This document shows, in pieces, positions 27,009 through 36,593 of a DNA stretch of 64,000 bases; position 1 is the stretch's first letter; every line of letters starts with the position of its first letter. The stretch covers positions 62,001 to 126,000 of the IMG/VR virus record IMGVR_UViG_3300028536_000014, one strand, 5' to 3'. The notes under the pieces are model-generated. The model had not been told where the DNA came from. It ran no database searches and was given only the letters and a program-made list of their open reading frames with translations. Both the position numbers and the translations under genes were made by a program.

Positions 27009-27479
27009 TCATTCTCTGACACGTTTATTCTCATCAGCGATAAGTTCACGAATGAATTTACGAGCATCATAGATTAAAATGAAAGAATTATTACCGTATT
27101 TTAATCTTATATCGTCATATGGTAATTGTTGGATATTGGCATAAGCTTCTGTAATCCAAAGACCACCACGATTATCCACAATCGACTTAAGTGATCGTCC
27201 GTAATATGTCCATGCGTATTCTTCATTCAAAAGACGCCATGGTATTTCTTTGAATTCTTCATCATGAACGATAGGACACATTTTCTCATTTGTTAATGCT
27301 TTGGAACGTAAACGGTTCCAAAGATCTTCGTTATCAACACCTTCTTCTTGAATGCAAATCCCGTATTTGTTGGTCATTGCAACAAATAGTCTACGTTCAC
27401 CATTCATGTGGTAATGATTCATACCAACGATTGACCAATCCAGCAATTGTGGTTGTAGCCATGGAGCATTGTTATTCAT
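27009..27479 (-). CDS. Hypothetical protein, tandem paralogue of 27472-27777
   Basis: KEIPW.LLNEEYAW....SL......GGL...EA.ANI. Confidence 0.55.
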   Translation of the reverse strand: MNNNAPWLQPQLLDWSIVGMNHYHMNGERRLFVAMTNKYGICIQEEGVDNEDLWNRLRSKALTNEKMCPIVHDEEFKEIPWRLLNEEYAWTYYGRSLKSIVDNRGGLWITEAYANIQQLPYDDIRLKYGNNSFILIYDARKFIRELIADENKRVRE

Positions 27480-27777
27480 AAATGCTCTTTTCTAAATTTT
27501 TGATAGATTGTAATTGACGAATATAATTACGTGCTGAAGTAATACCTTCTTCAGTTAACTTGATAGTAAATATTATCATACCTTTTTGACAAGTTGCGCG
27601 TTTAATATTAGCCCATGCTTCTACAATGTTAAGACCACCATGGTGTGCTAAATATGAAAGCGACTGACGATGATTCTTCCATGCATATTCTTCGTTTAAA
27701 AGATGCCAAGGAATTTCTTTGATTTCATCATCTTGAATGGGAAACATCTTTCCAATTGGTGCATCAGTTTCCAGCAT
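27472..27777 (-). CDS. Hypothetical protein, tandem paralogue of 27009-27479
   Basis: Same motif. Confidence 0.55.
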   Translation of the reverse strand: MLETDAPIGKMFPIQDDEIKEIPWHLLNEEYAWKNHRQSLSYLAHHGGLNIVEAWANIKRATCQKGMIIFTIKLTEEGITSARNYIRQLQSIKNLEKSIYE

Positions 27778-28159
27778 ATTTCTCTCTCCAATCTCCTGGT
27801 AGATTACAATTACTCGGAGCTTTTTGGAATAAAGGACCGATCAATTCTTCTTTATGGCCGGCTAATCCGCATCCAATTTTCACTATATGAAATTTCAGTT
27901 CAGGATGTTCGTTGGCATAAATAATAAATCGATCAACATAAGGTTTAATTTCCTCAATTGTCATTGTTTCAAACTGATGACGACCATGCATGAAACCAAT
28001 ATACTTTTTGGTTGGTATAGCGAATGCTTCACCAGTACGTCCAAAACCAACACCTAGTTGTGCTCCATGTTTCTCACGAGCTGCTAAAGCACTCCCAGCG
28101 CCATGAATTCCTTTTGTGTTACTACCGAATACCATGATTTCATTATTACTGACAAACAT
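27764..28159 (-). CDS. Macro-domain-like phage protein (A1S_2505-type)
   Basis: VFGSN..G.HG.G.A..A...HGA..G.G.G..G.AFAIPTK...IGCGLAG. Confidence 0.6.
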   Translation of the reverse strand: MFVSNNEIMVFGSNTKGIHGAGSALAAREKHGAQLGVGFGRTGEAFAIPTKKYIGFMHGRHQFETMTIEEIKPYVDRFIIYANEHPELKFHIVKIGCGLAGHKEELIGPLFQKAPSNCNLPGDWREKYAGN

Positions 28160-28222
28160 TTTGATCTCCTAGAATATCATCATAATACGTCTACAAATAA
28201 AATATATATTATCAACATAATC

Positions 28223-28264
28223 TAAGTACACCATGATAGCATTATAGCTATCATGGTGTACTTA
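28223..28264 (-). terminator. Long intergenic hairpin, terminator-like
   Basis: 18-bp inverted repeat. Confidence 0.55.
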
Positions 28265-28269
28265 TAGTT

Positions 28270-28500
28270 TTATGTGTTTAGATATATTCGAGGTGTTTTG
28301 GTTGTACGATTAGCGGTTTCACCACAATCATAACACATCTTGTATTCTTTAATAACCCTGAATCTATTACCTTGACCATCACGTATGATCTCAATGTCTT
28401 CAACAATCCATTTAGACCAGTGATGAAAGAATAGACAAGTTCGTTTTTGTTTCGAGAGACCGCTAGGACTCAGGTGGTAGAAGTTCTTGATAGTGTTCAT
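28270..28500 (-). CDS. Hypothetical protein
   Basis: CLFFHHWSKW...KMCYDCG. Confidence 0.45.
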   Translation of the reverse strand: MNTIKNFYHLSPSGLSKQKRTCLFFHHWSKWIVEDIEIIRDGQGNRFRVIKEYKMCYDCGETANRTTKTPRIYLNT

Positions 28501-29656
28501 TGTTAAGCGCTATGCTATCTTTGAACGCCAGTTCAATACTTTCCATAATACTTATAGGAGTATTATCAACATCAACAACTCTACCATCAATAATAAGACT
28601 GAATGAATCGGATATTTCGATATCAGAACTGAATATATGTCGTATTTCGTACAACTTATGCTTATTTAAATAAGCATAATAAGTAACACCAGCTTGAAGT
28701 TCACTAACTGTAATGAAACGTGGTGTTTCGATATTACCATAGAAAGGAAGTTGATGATCGCTAGTGTTCTTATTCCTGGTACTATTCCTATAGGTTGTTG
28801 AGTCTATAGGAGTAATCTTGACTTCCTTAAGAAGTTCAATAATCATCGTACCTAATGTTCTTTCGTTAACACGTGGATGTTTATTGATTTTGACTTTATC
28901 CAAAAGCCATTGGTATTCATGAATAAGATCAGTATATGGATCAAAAACACTTTTACGAAACAGAGGTTTAACAAGATGAATACCTTCTATTCGAACCCAT
29001 ACTTTTTCGATATCAACATAAATATATGTTAATGCAGTTCCATTTCTTGAAACACAAATAACATAGTTGTGGAAATTAATAACAACCACCCATTGTTTAT
29101 CTGGACTAGAATTATGCGACATATTTAATTTAGACCGATAAAAACCAGTCTTTAAACTTCTAGGATCAAAATAGACACCATTTTCTAACAATGGGTCTGG
29201 TTGATTAAAAACATATTCTCCCAATTGTTCAGGAGTTGTGTTATAGAGCCAACTACTTTGTTCCAATCTCGCATTGACTGGTAATTGCTTAAGTGTCATA
29301 TCAAGATAGTCTCGAAACATTTTGAGCTGACCCTGATCAGGTTCAATCAGTTTCGGAATACCGATATTGATATAAGTTTCCATATGTGCTTTATCAGGAA
29401 TTACATCAATAAGTTGACGAATCAATAAAGCACGTGGACCATTACCATTGATATATGCAAACGATTCATCTTTGTCCATTTCGTTGTCTACTGCATTAAG
29501 GATATCCTTAAAACCTGGTAGGAAAGAACCCATCATCGGAAAGTGTTGTTCTAACAAAAGAGTAAGTTGAACAAATTGACTTTCCATAAATTGGAGACGT
29601 CGCCGAATACCTAAATATTGATGATCGGTTAATTCAGATGTTGTTCTAAAGATCAT
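28463..29656 (-). CDS. Hypothetical protein
   Basis: 397-aa ORF. Confidence 0.6.
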   Translation of the reverse strand: MIFRTTSELTDHQYLGIRRRLQFMESQFVQLTLLLEQHFPMMGSFLPGFKDILNAVDNEMDKDESFAYINGNGPRALLIRQLIDVIPDKAHMETYINIGIPKLIEPDQGQLKMFRDYLDMTLKQLPVNARLEQSSWLYNTTPEQLGEYVFNQPDPLLENGVYFDPRSLKTGFYRSKLNMSHNSSPDKQWVVVINFHNYVICVSRNGTALTYIYVDIEKVWVRIEGIHLVKPLFRKSVFDPYTDLIHEYQWLLDKVKINKHPRVNERTLGTMIIELLKEVKITPIDSTTYRNSTRNKNTSDHQLPFYGNIETPRFITVSELQAGVTYYAYLNKHKLYEIRHIFSSDIEISDSFSLIIDGRVVDVDNTPISIMESIELAFKDSIALNNEHYQELLPPES

Positions 29657-29712
29657 GATAGGATTCCCTTTAATAAGAATTGGGTTTAAGACTCGTATAA
29701 TCTACAAGTCTA

Positions 29713-29733
29713 TCAGTTAAAATATATCTGATT
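29713..29733 (-). promoter_or_regulatory. Putative phage promoter motif
   Basis: tcagttaaaatatatctgatt. Confidence 0.6.
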
Positions 29734-29796
29734 AAAAACAAATGAGAACAAAAAAAATAGAAGAGGCTAGTGCCTCTTCTATGTTACGATTTATCA

Positions 29797-30186
29797 TTAC
29801 ATTCTAATAAATGGAATTTTGGTCAAATCTTCTTTTGATAAATAGACAGGTATAAATCTAGGAACCTTTGTGATCTTCATATCCTTGATATGATCTTTTA
29901 TGTAGTCTTCTCCAACGAGTTTGTTATAACTCTCTATTGAGGCTATAACTCCATTTGGAAGAAGATAAACATCTACTGATCCCCAGAACCGATTCAATGG
30001 TTGACAGGAACGAACCGGGGTATCGTAGAGGTTGTAATATTCAACGATTGGTTCTTGACTATCGCAGTCTCTCAGAATACCTGTGACAAGATATAGCGGA
30101 CCTTTATAGTGTCTCCATATTCCTGGTTTTAATGTTTGAATCTCTGGTTCAGCCATTGGTAATTTCTTCTTCTGGATGTTCGGCAA
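29797..30186 (-). CDS. DUF1653-like protein
   Basis: GIWRHYKG.LY.V......D..E..V.Y..LY.....PL..F. Confidence 0.7.
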   Translation of the reverse strand: MPNIQKKKLPMAEPEIQTLKPGIWRHYKGPLYLVTGILRDCDSQEPIVEYYNLYDTPVRSCQPLNRFWGSVDVYLLPNGVIASIESYNKLVGEDYIKDHIKDMKITKVPRFIPVYLSKEDLTKIPFIRM

Positions 30187-30724
30187 GCCAATTAGATTCT
30201 TCCTCTGTTAGAAGAAAGAATGATTTGTAGTGGTCAACAAGATTAGTACCATCTAACAATTTCTGTTTATCCCACATTTCTTTGAAAACTTCATTACTAG
30301 GAAATTTTCCTTCGAAAATATTAGTCAGATATTCATAGGTAATGATACGTTTATTCTCGATGTCGTTGGCAAACAATGTATGAGTAATAACAGCAACCAA
30401 CATAGATATGTGACTAGGATTGATTACCATGCAAGAAAGAAATATCAACGCTTTCCCAGTAAATTCAATACCGAAAATGAGAAATCGTTCAGCTATATAT
30501 TTTCTTGGGCCATTATCTCTTTCTGATAAACTAAGATAAAGATAAGTCGCTGGTATCGTATCAAACTCTGGATGTAGTGATTCATAGTCATCTTTATCAA
30601 AAGCCTTTATAATGTTTTTGATGCTATCGGTAAATGGTTCGCATTTGTCCCAGAATTCATCAACCCATTCTGTTGCAAGTGTTTTGAGTTTGATACAGGT
30701 TTTGATATCATATTCTGTGTTCAT
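30149..30724 (-). CDS. Hypothetical protein
   Basis: 191-aa ORF. Confidence 0.55.
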   Translation of the reverse strand: MNTEYDIKTCIKLKTLATEWVDEFWDKCEPFTDSIKNIIKAFDKDDYESLHPEFDTIPATYLYLSLSERDNGPRKYIAERFLIFGIEFTGKALIFLSCMVINPSHISMLVAVITHTLFANDIENKRIITYEYLTNIFEGKFPSNEVFKEMWDKQKLLDGTNLVDHYKSFFLLTEEESNWLAEHPEEEITNG

Positions 30725-31221
30725 GTTTTTCTCTTATTTAAATGTTGTCGTAAATGGTATTCCATCGATCTCATTTCACAGAATGATTTAGGAATTTGAA
30801 GTTTATTTCTTAAGTAGGATGCTTCTTTGTTATAACCTGTATTAACGACTTTTTGATTTAATATGAAGTGTCGTTTTAATTGTTTCCAGGCTTTTGTAAT
30901 ATAACCATTTCTACGATATTTCTTTTTAATAAAGAAAGAAGTTAATCGACTCCATACAAGAATACAACCGATTAAGTCATTTAGTTCATCGTAGATAAGA
31001 CAAACAATAAAGAAAGGTCTTTCATGTTTTTGTTTATTGAAAGTCCATTTTAATTTTTCGTTTACATAAAAAGGTTGAACATCTGTTTTCATTTTTAAGA
31101 AACGTTCACATTCTGATTTGATAAAACTACCATCTTTATCTGTAAAATGTAGTTTATCTTTTAATATTAAAGAACATGCAGCAATATATTCATAATGTGT
31201 TCTGGCTATTTTTATTTTCAC
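30721..31221 (-). CDS. Possible GNAT acetyltransferase-like protein
   Basis: FFIKKKYRRNGYITK resembles the acetyl-CoA-binding motif A. Confidence 0.4.
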   Translation of the reverse strand: MKIKIARTHYEYIAACSLILKDKLHFTDKDGSFIKSECERFLKMKTDVQPFYVNEKLKWTFNKQKHERPFFIVCLIYDELNDLIGCILVWSRLTSFFIKKKYRRNGYITKAWKQLKRHFILNQKVVNTGYNKEASYLRNKLQIPKSFCEMRSMEYHLRQHLNKRKT

Positions 31222-31243
31222 TATTGATGACCTTTGATGGATG

Positions 31244-31264
31244 TCAATTTAAGTATATAGAATC
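31244..31264 (-). promoter_or_regulatory. Putative phage promoter motif
   Basis: tcaatttaagtatatagaatc. Confidence 0.55.
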
Positions 31265-31333
31265 AAAAAGATTTGAAAATAAAAAAAAAATAGAGAGAGC
31301 CATCAGGCTCTCTCATGTTTAAGTAACAATTCC

Positions 31334-31948
31334 TTATTTGATTGCTACGCCATAATTAAGAAGACCATTATTATGACTATTTGAAGAAACTTGGAATTTA
31401 AACGTTAACACACTCCCAGATTTTGTCATCAATTTTGAACCATTACGAATAAATGGGTAGAGATAAAGCGGAATCAACATAATGATCGGTTCTAACGGAC
31501 CTATGTCTTGCATCGGATCGTTTCGATCGTGATGACCGAAATCCAGCTTTTCAAATTGCCAAGGTGTCAAATCGTTGGGATCGAAGTCGGTTAATTTCGT
31601 TATCTTATTAAGAAAACCTCCGTCGAAAAACGCTATTGAATCAGTGATAACATTCACATCGAACATATCCGGGTATTCTGTATCGCCCGGTACTTTGTGA
31701 GTATGATCCAGCATGACACCAACACGCATGAGCATGTTAGAACGAATAGCTCTACAGAACTTGAATGCCTCTTCGGCTTTCCTGGCTTTGGCTGCTTTAC
31801 TGATGATTTCAGTATTCATAAATTTCTCGATAGTAATAACATGAAAGATAGAGATAGCCATATGGCTATCTCTATCTAATTTGCTCAACCAAATGCTTAT
31901 TGACCCACTGTTCATCCCAGATACAAAATGCTCTGTGACGATTACCAC
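31334..31948 (-). CDS. Hypothetical protein (true start probably MNTEII)
   Basis: ORF. Confidence 0.5.
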   Translation of the reverse strand: MVIVTEHFVSGMNSGSISIWLSKLDRDSHMAISIFHVITIEKFMNTEIISKAAKARKAEEAFKFCRAIRSNMLMRVGVMLDHTHKVPGDTEYPDMFDVNVITDSIAFFDGGFLNKITKLTDFDPNDLTPWQFEKLDFGHHDRNDPMQDIGPLEPIIMLIPLYLYPFIRNGSKLMTKSGSVLTFKFQVSSNSHNNGLLNYGVAIK

Positions 31949-32735
31949 CCATCATGATACCACCAGAATATTCAAACCCATTGTAACCATAGGGTTCTAG
32001 AACATGTCGGATCTCACGATAAATGGTTGTGAAATATTTATTCAGTGGATTTCTATCAGCTTGTTCGATATTGAACTTGATAAACAGGTCTTTATCTTTA
32101 ATGGGGCTATCAGGCCAAACAGTTCGGTAACGACCAAACTGAATTTGATTATCCCAGATCAGTTCCCAAAAAGCAGGATCGTAAACTTGATCAATTTTAA
32201 AAACGGATTGGTTAAATTCTTTTTCATCGAAAACAAATCTGGAAAGATATCCAGTTGGTTCTCCATGATGATACTCCACTTTGATAGGACGTCTTCCATG
32301 ACTGTCTTTCAAAGTACTTGTATACTCTGCAGTGATTTTTTCATCATCTTTTAACTGATCATAAAGCGCTCTATATTGTTGAAGTGCTTTTTGTTCTTTC
32401 TTGGACAACTCACCATGTCGTTTAGGATTGTCGATTTTTACCTTAAGCACGTAGACGTTAACGTCTTCAAACTTCGGAAGACCATCAACGTTAATAAATG
32501 ACATAAAGGCTCTTTCGTAAGCATCCAATCGGTTAAAAGCAGATTCGTTAAATAGAACTTCAACCCGGTGAGATTTTCTAGACCAGTTTCCTTTTTTACG
32601 ATAAGTATCTGCAATCTTCTCAGAGTTTGTGAGATATATGCCTTGTCCAACCAGACATGTAGACTTAGTCTTCTTGAACTTGAATTCATCAATTACTGTT
32701 GAATCACCACGATACAAAATGAGTTGTTTTGACAC
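31872..32735 (-). CDS. ADP-ribosyltransferase-fold protein (ART-PolyVal-like)
   Basis: LYRG.....EF........GQGIYLT.....A..Y at the N-terminus; GYNGFEY...AFCIWD at the C-terminus. Confidence 0.5.
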   Translation of the reverse strand: MSKQLILYRGDSTVIDEFKFKKTKSTCLVGQGIYLTNSEKIADTYRKKGNWSRKSHRVEVLFNESAFNRLDAYERAFMSFINVDGLPKFEDVNVYVLKVKIDNPKRHGELSKKEQKALQQYRALYDQLKDDEKITAEYTSTLKDSHGRRPIKVEYHHGEPTGYLSRFVFDEKEFNQSVFKIDQVYDPAFWELIWDNQIQFGRYRTVWPDSPIKDKDLFIKFNIEQADRNPLNKYFTTIYREIRHVLEPYGYNGFEYSGGIMMGGNRHRAFCIWDEQWVNKHLVEQIR

Positions 32736-32813
32736 ATAAACTCCTAATGTTCTAGATTAAAGTATCTCCCTCAGTCGTTATAGACTGAGGGAGAGTTATG
32801 TTGTCTTTTTGAT

Positions 32814-33119
32814 CTATGTTCCGTAATGATGATGACGAAACTTATAGTCATGGATTTTCCATCCCATCCTTTCCAGTCTCTTAAACAGCTTGAGGATATG
32901 AGACGGATTGATATGCGGACCACGACCATCTTTGTAATTCAATTTGTCCCAGAGAATCTTGGTCTCATTAACCGAGTCGAACGGACGATCTGTAGCTACA
33001 CACCCACGACGTGATTTACCAATTGTGAATCCACTACCGGACGTCAAATCCACGGATTTACTGGTTGCCGAAATGAAGGCATTCGTTCCATGAACCGAGA
33101 AAGCGATATAGTATTGCAT
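32814..33119 (-). CDS. Hypothetical protein
   Basis: 101-aa ORF. Confidence 0.5.
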   Translation of the reverse strand: MQYYIAFSVHGTNAFISATSKSVDLTSGSGFTIGKSRRGCVATDRPFDSVNETKILWDKLNYKDGRGPHINPSHILKLFKRLERMGWKIHDYKFRHHHYGT

Positions 33120-33123
33120 TGTT

Positions 33124-33489
33124 TTACCCTTTTATGGCACTGTAATGTTTGAAAACAATATCGAAGAATACTTCTTCGAGAGTTTCCATTGCAGCAAAAA
33201 TAATGAATGAAGTACAATATTTTTGCTGTCGTTGAGTTATCTTCAGTGTGTAATTATTAACATCACAAGGAGTAAAATTACCCTTCAGAAGAATTTCGAT
33301 TGTCTTGTGTTCCCACCTATAGGCAAGATCATAGATGGTACCTTTGAAATATTCTTGATTTTCTTCAACCTCGATACATGTAGCTTCGAAGCCCAAGACT
33401 TCAGTGATTTTATCTCGATAGACATCGAGATGTTTCAATCTAGTCGGATCAATTCTTTTGATGATTTCTTTAAGGTTATCGATTTTCAT
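33124..33489 (-). CDS. Hypothetical protein
   Basis: 121-aa ORF. Confidence 0.5.
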   Translation of the reverse strand: MKIDNLKEIIKRIDPTRLKHLDVYRDKITEVLGFEATCIEVEENQEYFKGTIYDLAYRWEHKTIEILLKGNFTPCDVNNYTLKITQRQQKYCTSFIIFAAMETLEEVFFDIVFKHYSAIKG

Positions 33490-33517
33490 GTCAAACTCCG
33501 TGCTTCGATCAAAAGAA

Positions 33518-33946
33518 TTAGGTGTGTTGTGTTGGATTGGTTACAAAGGTTTCCAATCCATATTTACGTGAAAGACGATCACGAAGATATTTCGCATTCT
33601 GTTTATCACGAAAACCAATGATTTCTTTCTTGGTATTCACGATCAGTGTGTTATTGTTATCACGTAATGCAAACAGAGAATCTTCTTTCGGAATGATTCT
33701 CTGTTGATCCAGATATTGTTCCAGCGTTGTAACGACGATGACTTTAGGAGCATCGCCAGCTTTCTTCTTTTCAGACAGGAGCTTAGCAGCACGTAGCTGG
33801 TGAGTTATTGGAGATGCTTCAGCAGCTAGCGCATTAATCTCATCAGTTTGCATTTGTAACATCGCGTCATTAACACGATGCTCTTCCTCAGATTCCTCAA
33901 AACCACCACTGAGACGCCTGAATTTTCCACTCATGTTTTTCTCCAT
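33518..33946 (-). CDS. Hypothetical protein
   Basis: 142-aa ORF. Confidence 0.55.
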   Translation of the reverse strand: MEKNMSGKFRRLSGGFEESEEEHRVNDAMLQMQTDEINALAAEASPITHQLRAAKLLSEKKKAGDAPKVIVVTTLEQYLDQQRIIPKEDSLFALRDNNNTLIVNTKKEIIGFRDKQNAKYLRDRLSRKYGLETFVTNPTQHT

Positions 33947-34152
33947 TCAAAAATAGTTGAACTTCTCGGAAATTAAATTAGTCTGTTATAGCGACTACCT
34001 AATGTATATATAATCGAATAATTTTAATAATAGAACAAAAAAAAACACAAAATACAAATTTGTGTTTTTTAGAACGATCTTACAATGTCTGCATCAATAA
34101 AATCGGTATGATTCTCTAACTGATTAGATTTACTGATATGCAGTGCCATGAG

Positions 34153-34521
34153 TTATGATTCCCAAAGTTTGATATTCCACGCCCCTGTTTTTCCAAAACT
34201 ATATCTGGAATTATTGATTTGTACATTCTTCCACCCAGCATTCGTATATCTAGAAATCAACTCATTTTGAATAACTGTTGAAATCTCACGATCTGTAGTG
34301 ATAGGAATTATCCAGTAGAACATCTCTTGACTTTCATGTACGTATCTTTGTGCGTTTTTTCTCATCCAAGATGTGTTGTTCAGATACACATCGATGACTG
34401 TTTCGAAGTTTAAAAGTTTCTTCTTAATGCTGTCATCAGTTTCTGGTTGTTAGCTACTATCATTTACCTGACTCTGAGTTGGTTTTAACAACTCGATAAC
34501 ACGATTTCTTGTAGTTGGCAT
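34153..34521 (-). pseudogene. Member of the tandem AGW family with an in-frame TAA at codon 24
   Basis: ATG at 34521 (MPTTRNRVIE...), TAA at 34450-34452, frame then continues to the YTNAGWKNV motif. Confidence 0.6.
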
Positions 34522-34538
34522 ATAAACCTCCTAAAACG

Positions 34539-34871
34539 TTAATTAAGATCCCAAAGAGAGATGTAGAACATCTCCTCGTTAGTTGATTTCCGGATGATGT
34601 TAACAGAATACCAACCCACTTGTTCGTAGCGCTCTTTCAGCGTCTTCTGATCTTCTTCAGTCAAGCCGGTCATGATCGGAATCAACCAATGTCGCTTGAT
34701 GGTTTTTGAACCATAAGTCAATTGGTTTTTTAACATCCACTCTTTATTACAAAGATGTCTGTCGATAAGAAGTTCAAGAACTTCTATGCTCGGAGTAATG
34801 GGTTTCTCATCCAGAGTGAAGTTTTCGAAACGTGCTACTAGTTCTAAAGCGATGTCAATATGGAGGGCCAT
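34539..34871 (-). CDS. Tandem paralogue family member (Y..(A/V/S)GW..V)
   Basis: ID.HL...EW....W.IPI...RYEQVGW.SV. Confidence 0.6.
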   Translation of the reverse strand: MALHIDIALELVARFENFTLDEKPITPSIEVLELLIDRHLCNKEWMLKNQLTYGSKTIKRHWLIPIMTGLTEEDQKTLKERYEQVGWYSVNIIRKSTNEEMFYISLWDLN

Positions 34872-34913
34872 AATAAAGGTTCCTTTTAAACAAAGATGAT
34901 GAAGGGACCTTTA

Positions 34914-35234
34914 TTAAGATCCCCAGAGTGTGATATTCCAAGTCCTGATATTCTTATCATCAGGAACACTATGATTAATACGAACGTGTTTCCATCCAGC
35001 GTTTGAATACCGGAAAACAAGTTCAAGCTGAACACCAATTGGGATTTCGTCCTCAGTAATCGGAACGACCCAGTATTTGATATCTTGATAAAGAGATACG
35101 TTATCTTTGATCCATTCCGTGCTAAACAAATGAGCATCGATCCTGGATTCCAATTTCGTAACGATGTCGTTCTCAACGATAGGTGAGTTAACGGACTTGA
35201 ATGACTGAATGACATATTCTCTTGACGTAGCCAT
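34914..35234 (-). CDS. Tandem paralogue family member
   Basis: IDAHL...EW...WVVPI...RYSNAGWKHV...W.I.LW. Confidence 0.6.
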   Translation of the reverse strand: MATSREYVIQSFKSVNSPIVENDIVTKLESRIDAHLFSTEWIKDNVSLYQDIKYWVVPITEDEIPIGVQLELVFRYSNAGWKHVRINHSVPDDKNIRTWNITLWGS

Positions 35235-35258
35235 ATAAGGCTCCTTATGAGTGATTGT

Positions 35259-35591
35259 TTATTCCGGTATATTACAACAGAGTTCGATGGTCCAGGTTTT
35301 CATTTCTTGTTCGTCGGAATTATATATTCTAACGAAATTCCAACCACTTTCTCCATATAAAACCGCTAGAGAATTTCTGACCTCTATACTGAGTTCACCC
35401 TGGAAACATAAAGTACAAACCATTCTTCCATTCAAAATATGAACGGCATGTTCGTCCAATTGGAGATGAAGTGAAATTTTGGATAAAGCGACTTCGATCA
35501 ACTCGATTGCGTAGTTCAAACACAATTCATGAACTTTCATTCCTTGTCGAAGAGGAATAGAAGCTAGAACTGAAGTAGGTGATGTTGGCAT
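35259..35591 (-). CDS. Tandem paralogue family member (divergent)
   Basis: LYGESGWNFVRI...WTIEL. Confidence 0.55.
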   Translation of the reverse strand: MPTSPTSVLASIPLRQGMKVHELCLNYAIELIEVALSKISLHLQLDEHAVHILNGRMVCTLCFQGELSIEVRNSLAVLYGESGWNFVRIYNSDEQEMKTWTIELCCNIPE

Positions 35592-35654
35592 GATAATTCT
35601 CCTGGTAATTTTTGTATCAACCTAGAACCAACTAGCTTCAACACAACACGTGGT

Positions 35655-36056
35655 TTAATCTTTCCAGACAACATAACCTGGAACTGGCCAAGAATATGTA
35701 ATCTTTCGATTGTACGGAGGAAGTGCTACTTCACCACGTTTGTGGATGAGAACGACGTCTACTTCGTTTTCAATAAATTGGAAAATACTACGAGCATAAG
35801 AGATATTAGGATATGAATCTGTTGCTCCAAGCCAATCGGCACGAGGGGCCGCCATTGGGTAGTTATCCGGATATTGGGATGGATTGACAATGAAGTCTTT
35901 AGCAACAATGGTCATACCAATTTCATCTAACATCGTAAGATATACACCGGTATCTGTTTCACCCGGATTAATAATACGTGTTACTCTCATTTCTTCCAAC
36001 AATTTTTTGTAATTCTCAGGAGTCTTTTCCATAAATGTTTCCTCTTGTTGTTTCAT
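35655..36056 (-). CDS. Hypothetical protein
   Basis: 133-aa ORF. Confidence 0.55.
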   Translation of the reverse strand: MKQQEETFMEKTPENYKKLLEEMRVTRIINPGETDTGVYLTMLDEIGMTIVAKDFIVNPSQYPDNYPMAAPRADWLGATDSYPNISYARSIFQFIENEVDVVLIHKRGEVALPPYNRKITYSWPVPGYVVWKD

Positions 36057-36086
36057 TAAAAAGATTTATGACGAATATAAAACAAA

Positions 36087-36118
36087 ACGGAGACCTAGGC
36101 CGAAACCTAGGTCTCCGT
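36087..36118 (-). terminator. Intrinsic terminator at the end of the intron-containing RNA
   Basis: acggagacctagg/cctaggtctccgt stem with TTTTGTTTT following on the minus strand. Confidence 0.7.
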
Positions 36119-36119
36119 A

Positions 36120-36593
36120 CTTGCCGTTGCTTAGAACAACATCGAACAAACATCTGACATATACTGATTACGACTAACGACCTATAACCACGAAAACGCA
36201 GATCGTGTCATTACAACCTTTACCAATAGGAGTCAGATATTCAAAACGCAGATCGCGTCGTTTGATCGAGTGTGATGATTTCTATACCAACTCACGGAGG
36301 TATAGCAGAACATTCATCACGATAGTGCCGATATTAACATACGAGTGAAGGATCGTTGATTTAACGCCCCAGTGCTTATATGTATCAATGAGCTAAGTTC
36401 TGTACCTTTCTATCCTACTCTAGTCCTAGTAAATCAAAGACACGGACTCTGGTTTCCCAGCTATCCCTTACCCTCGGAAGTATAACCCAATCTGCGCCTA
36501 TTAAGAGGACCAACAGCTCTAAGGGTTAACGTTTTGAAAGATTAATCAGTAGTTTTCACTACCGTCTAAGATTTTTGTTTCAAGGGAAAACAA
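36120..36593 (-). ncRNA. 3-prime exon of an unidentified large structured RNA
   Basis: ORF-free; hairpins such as GGTAGT-GAAA-ACTACT and CTGG-GAAA-CCAG; repeated CGATCTGCGTTTT. Confidence 0.55.

Noticed and set aside
36394-36403. 10-nt match between the predicted TnpB guide (5010-5019) and the intron-bearing RNA gene
   Set aside because: A 10-mer match is expected by chance in 64 kb of AT-rich DNA, and the seed-proximal bases differ
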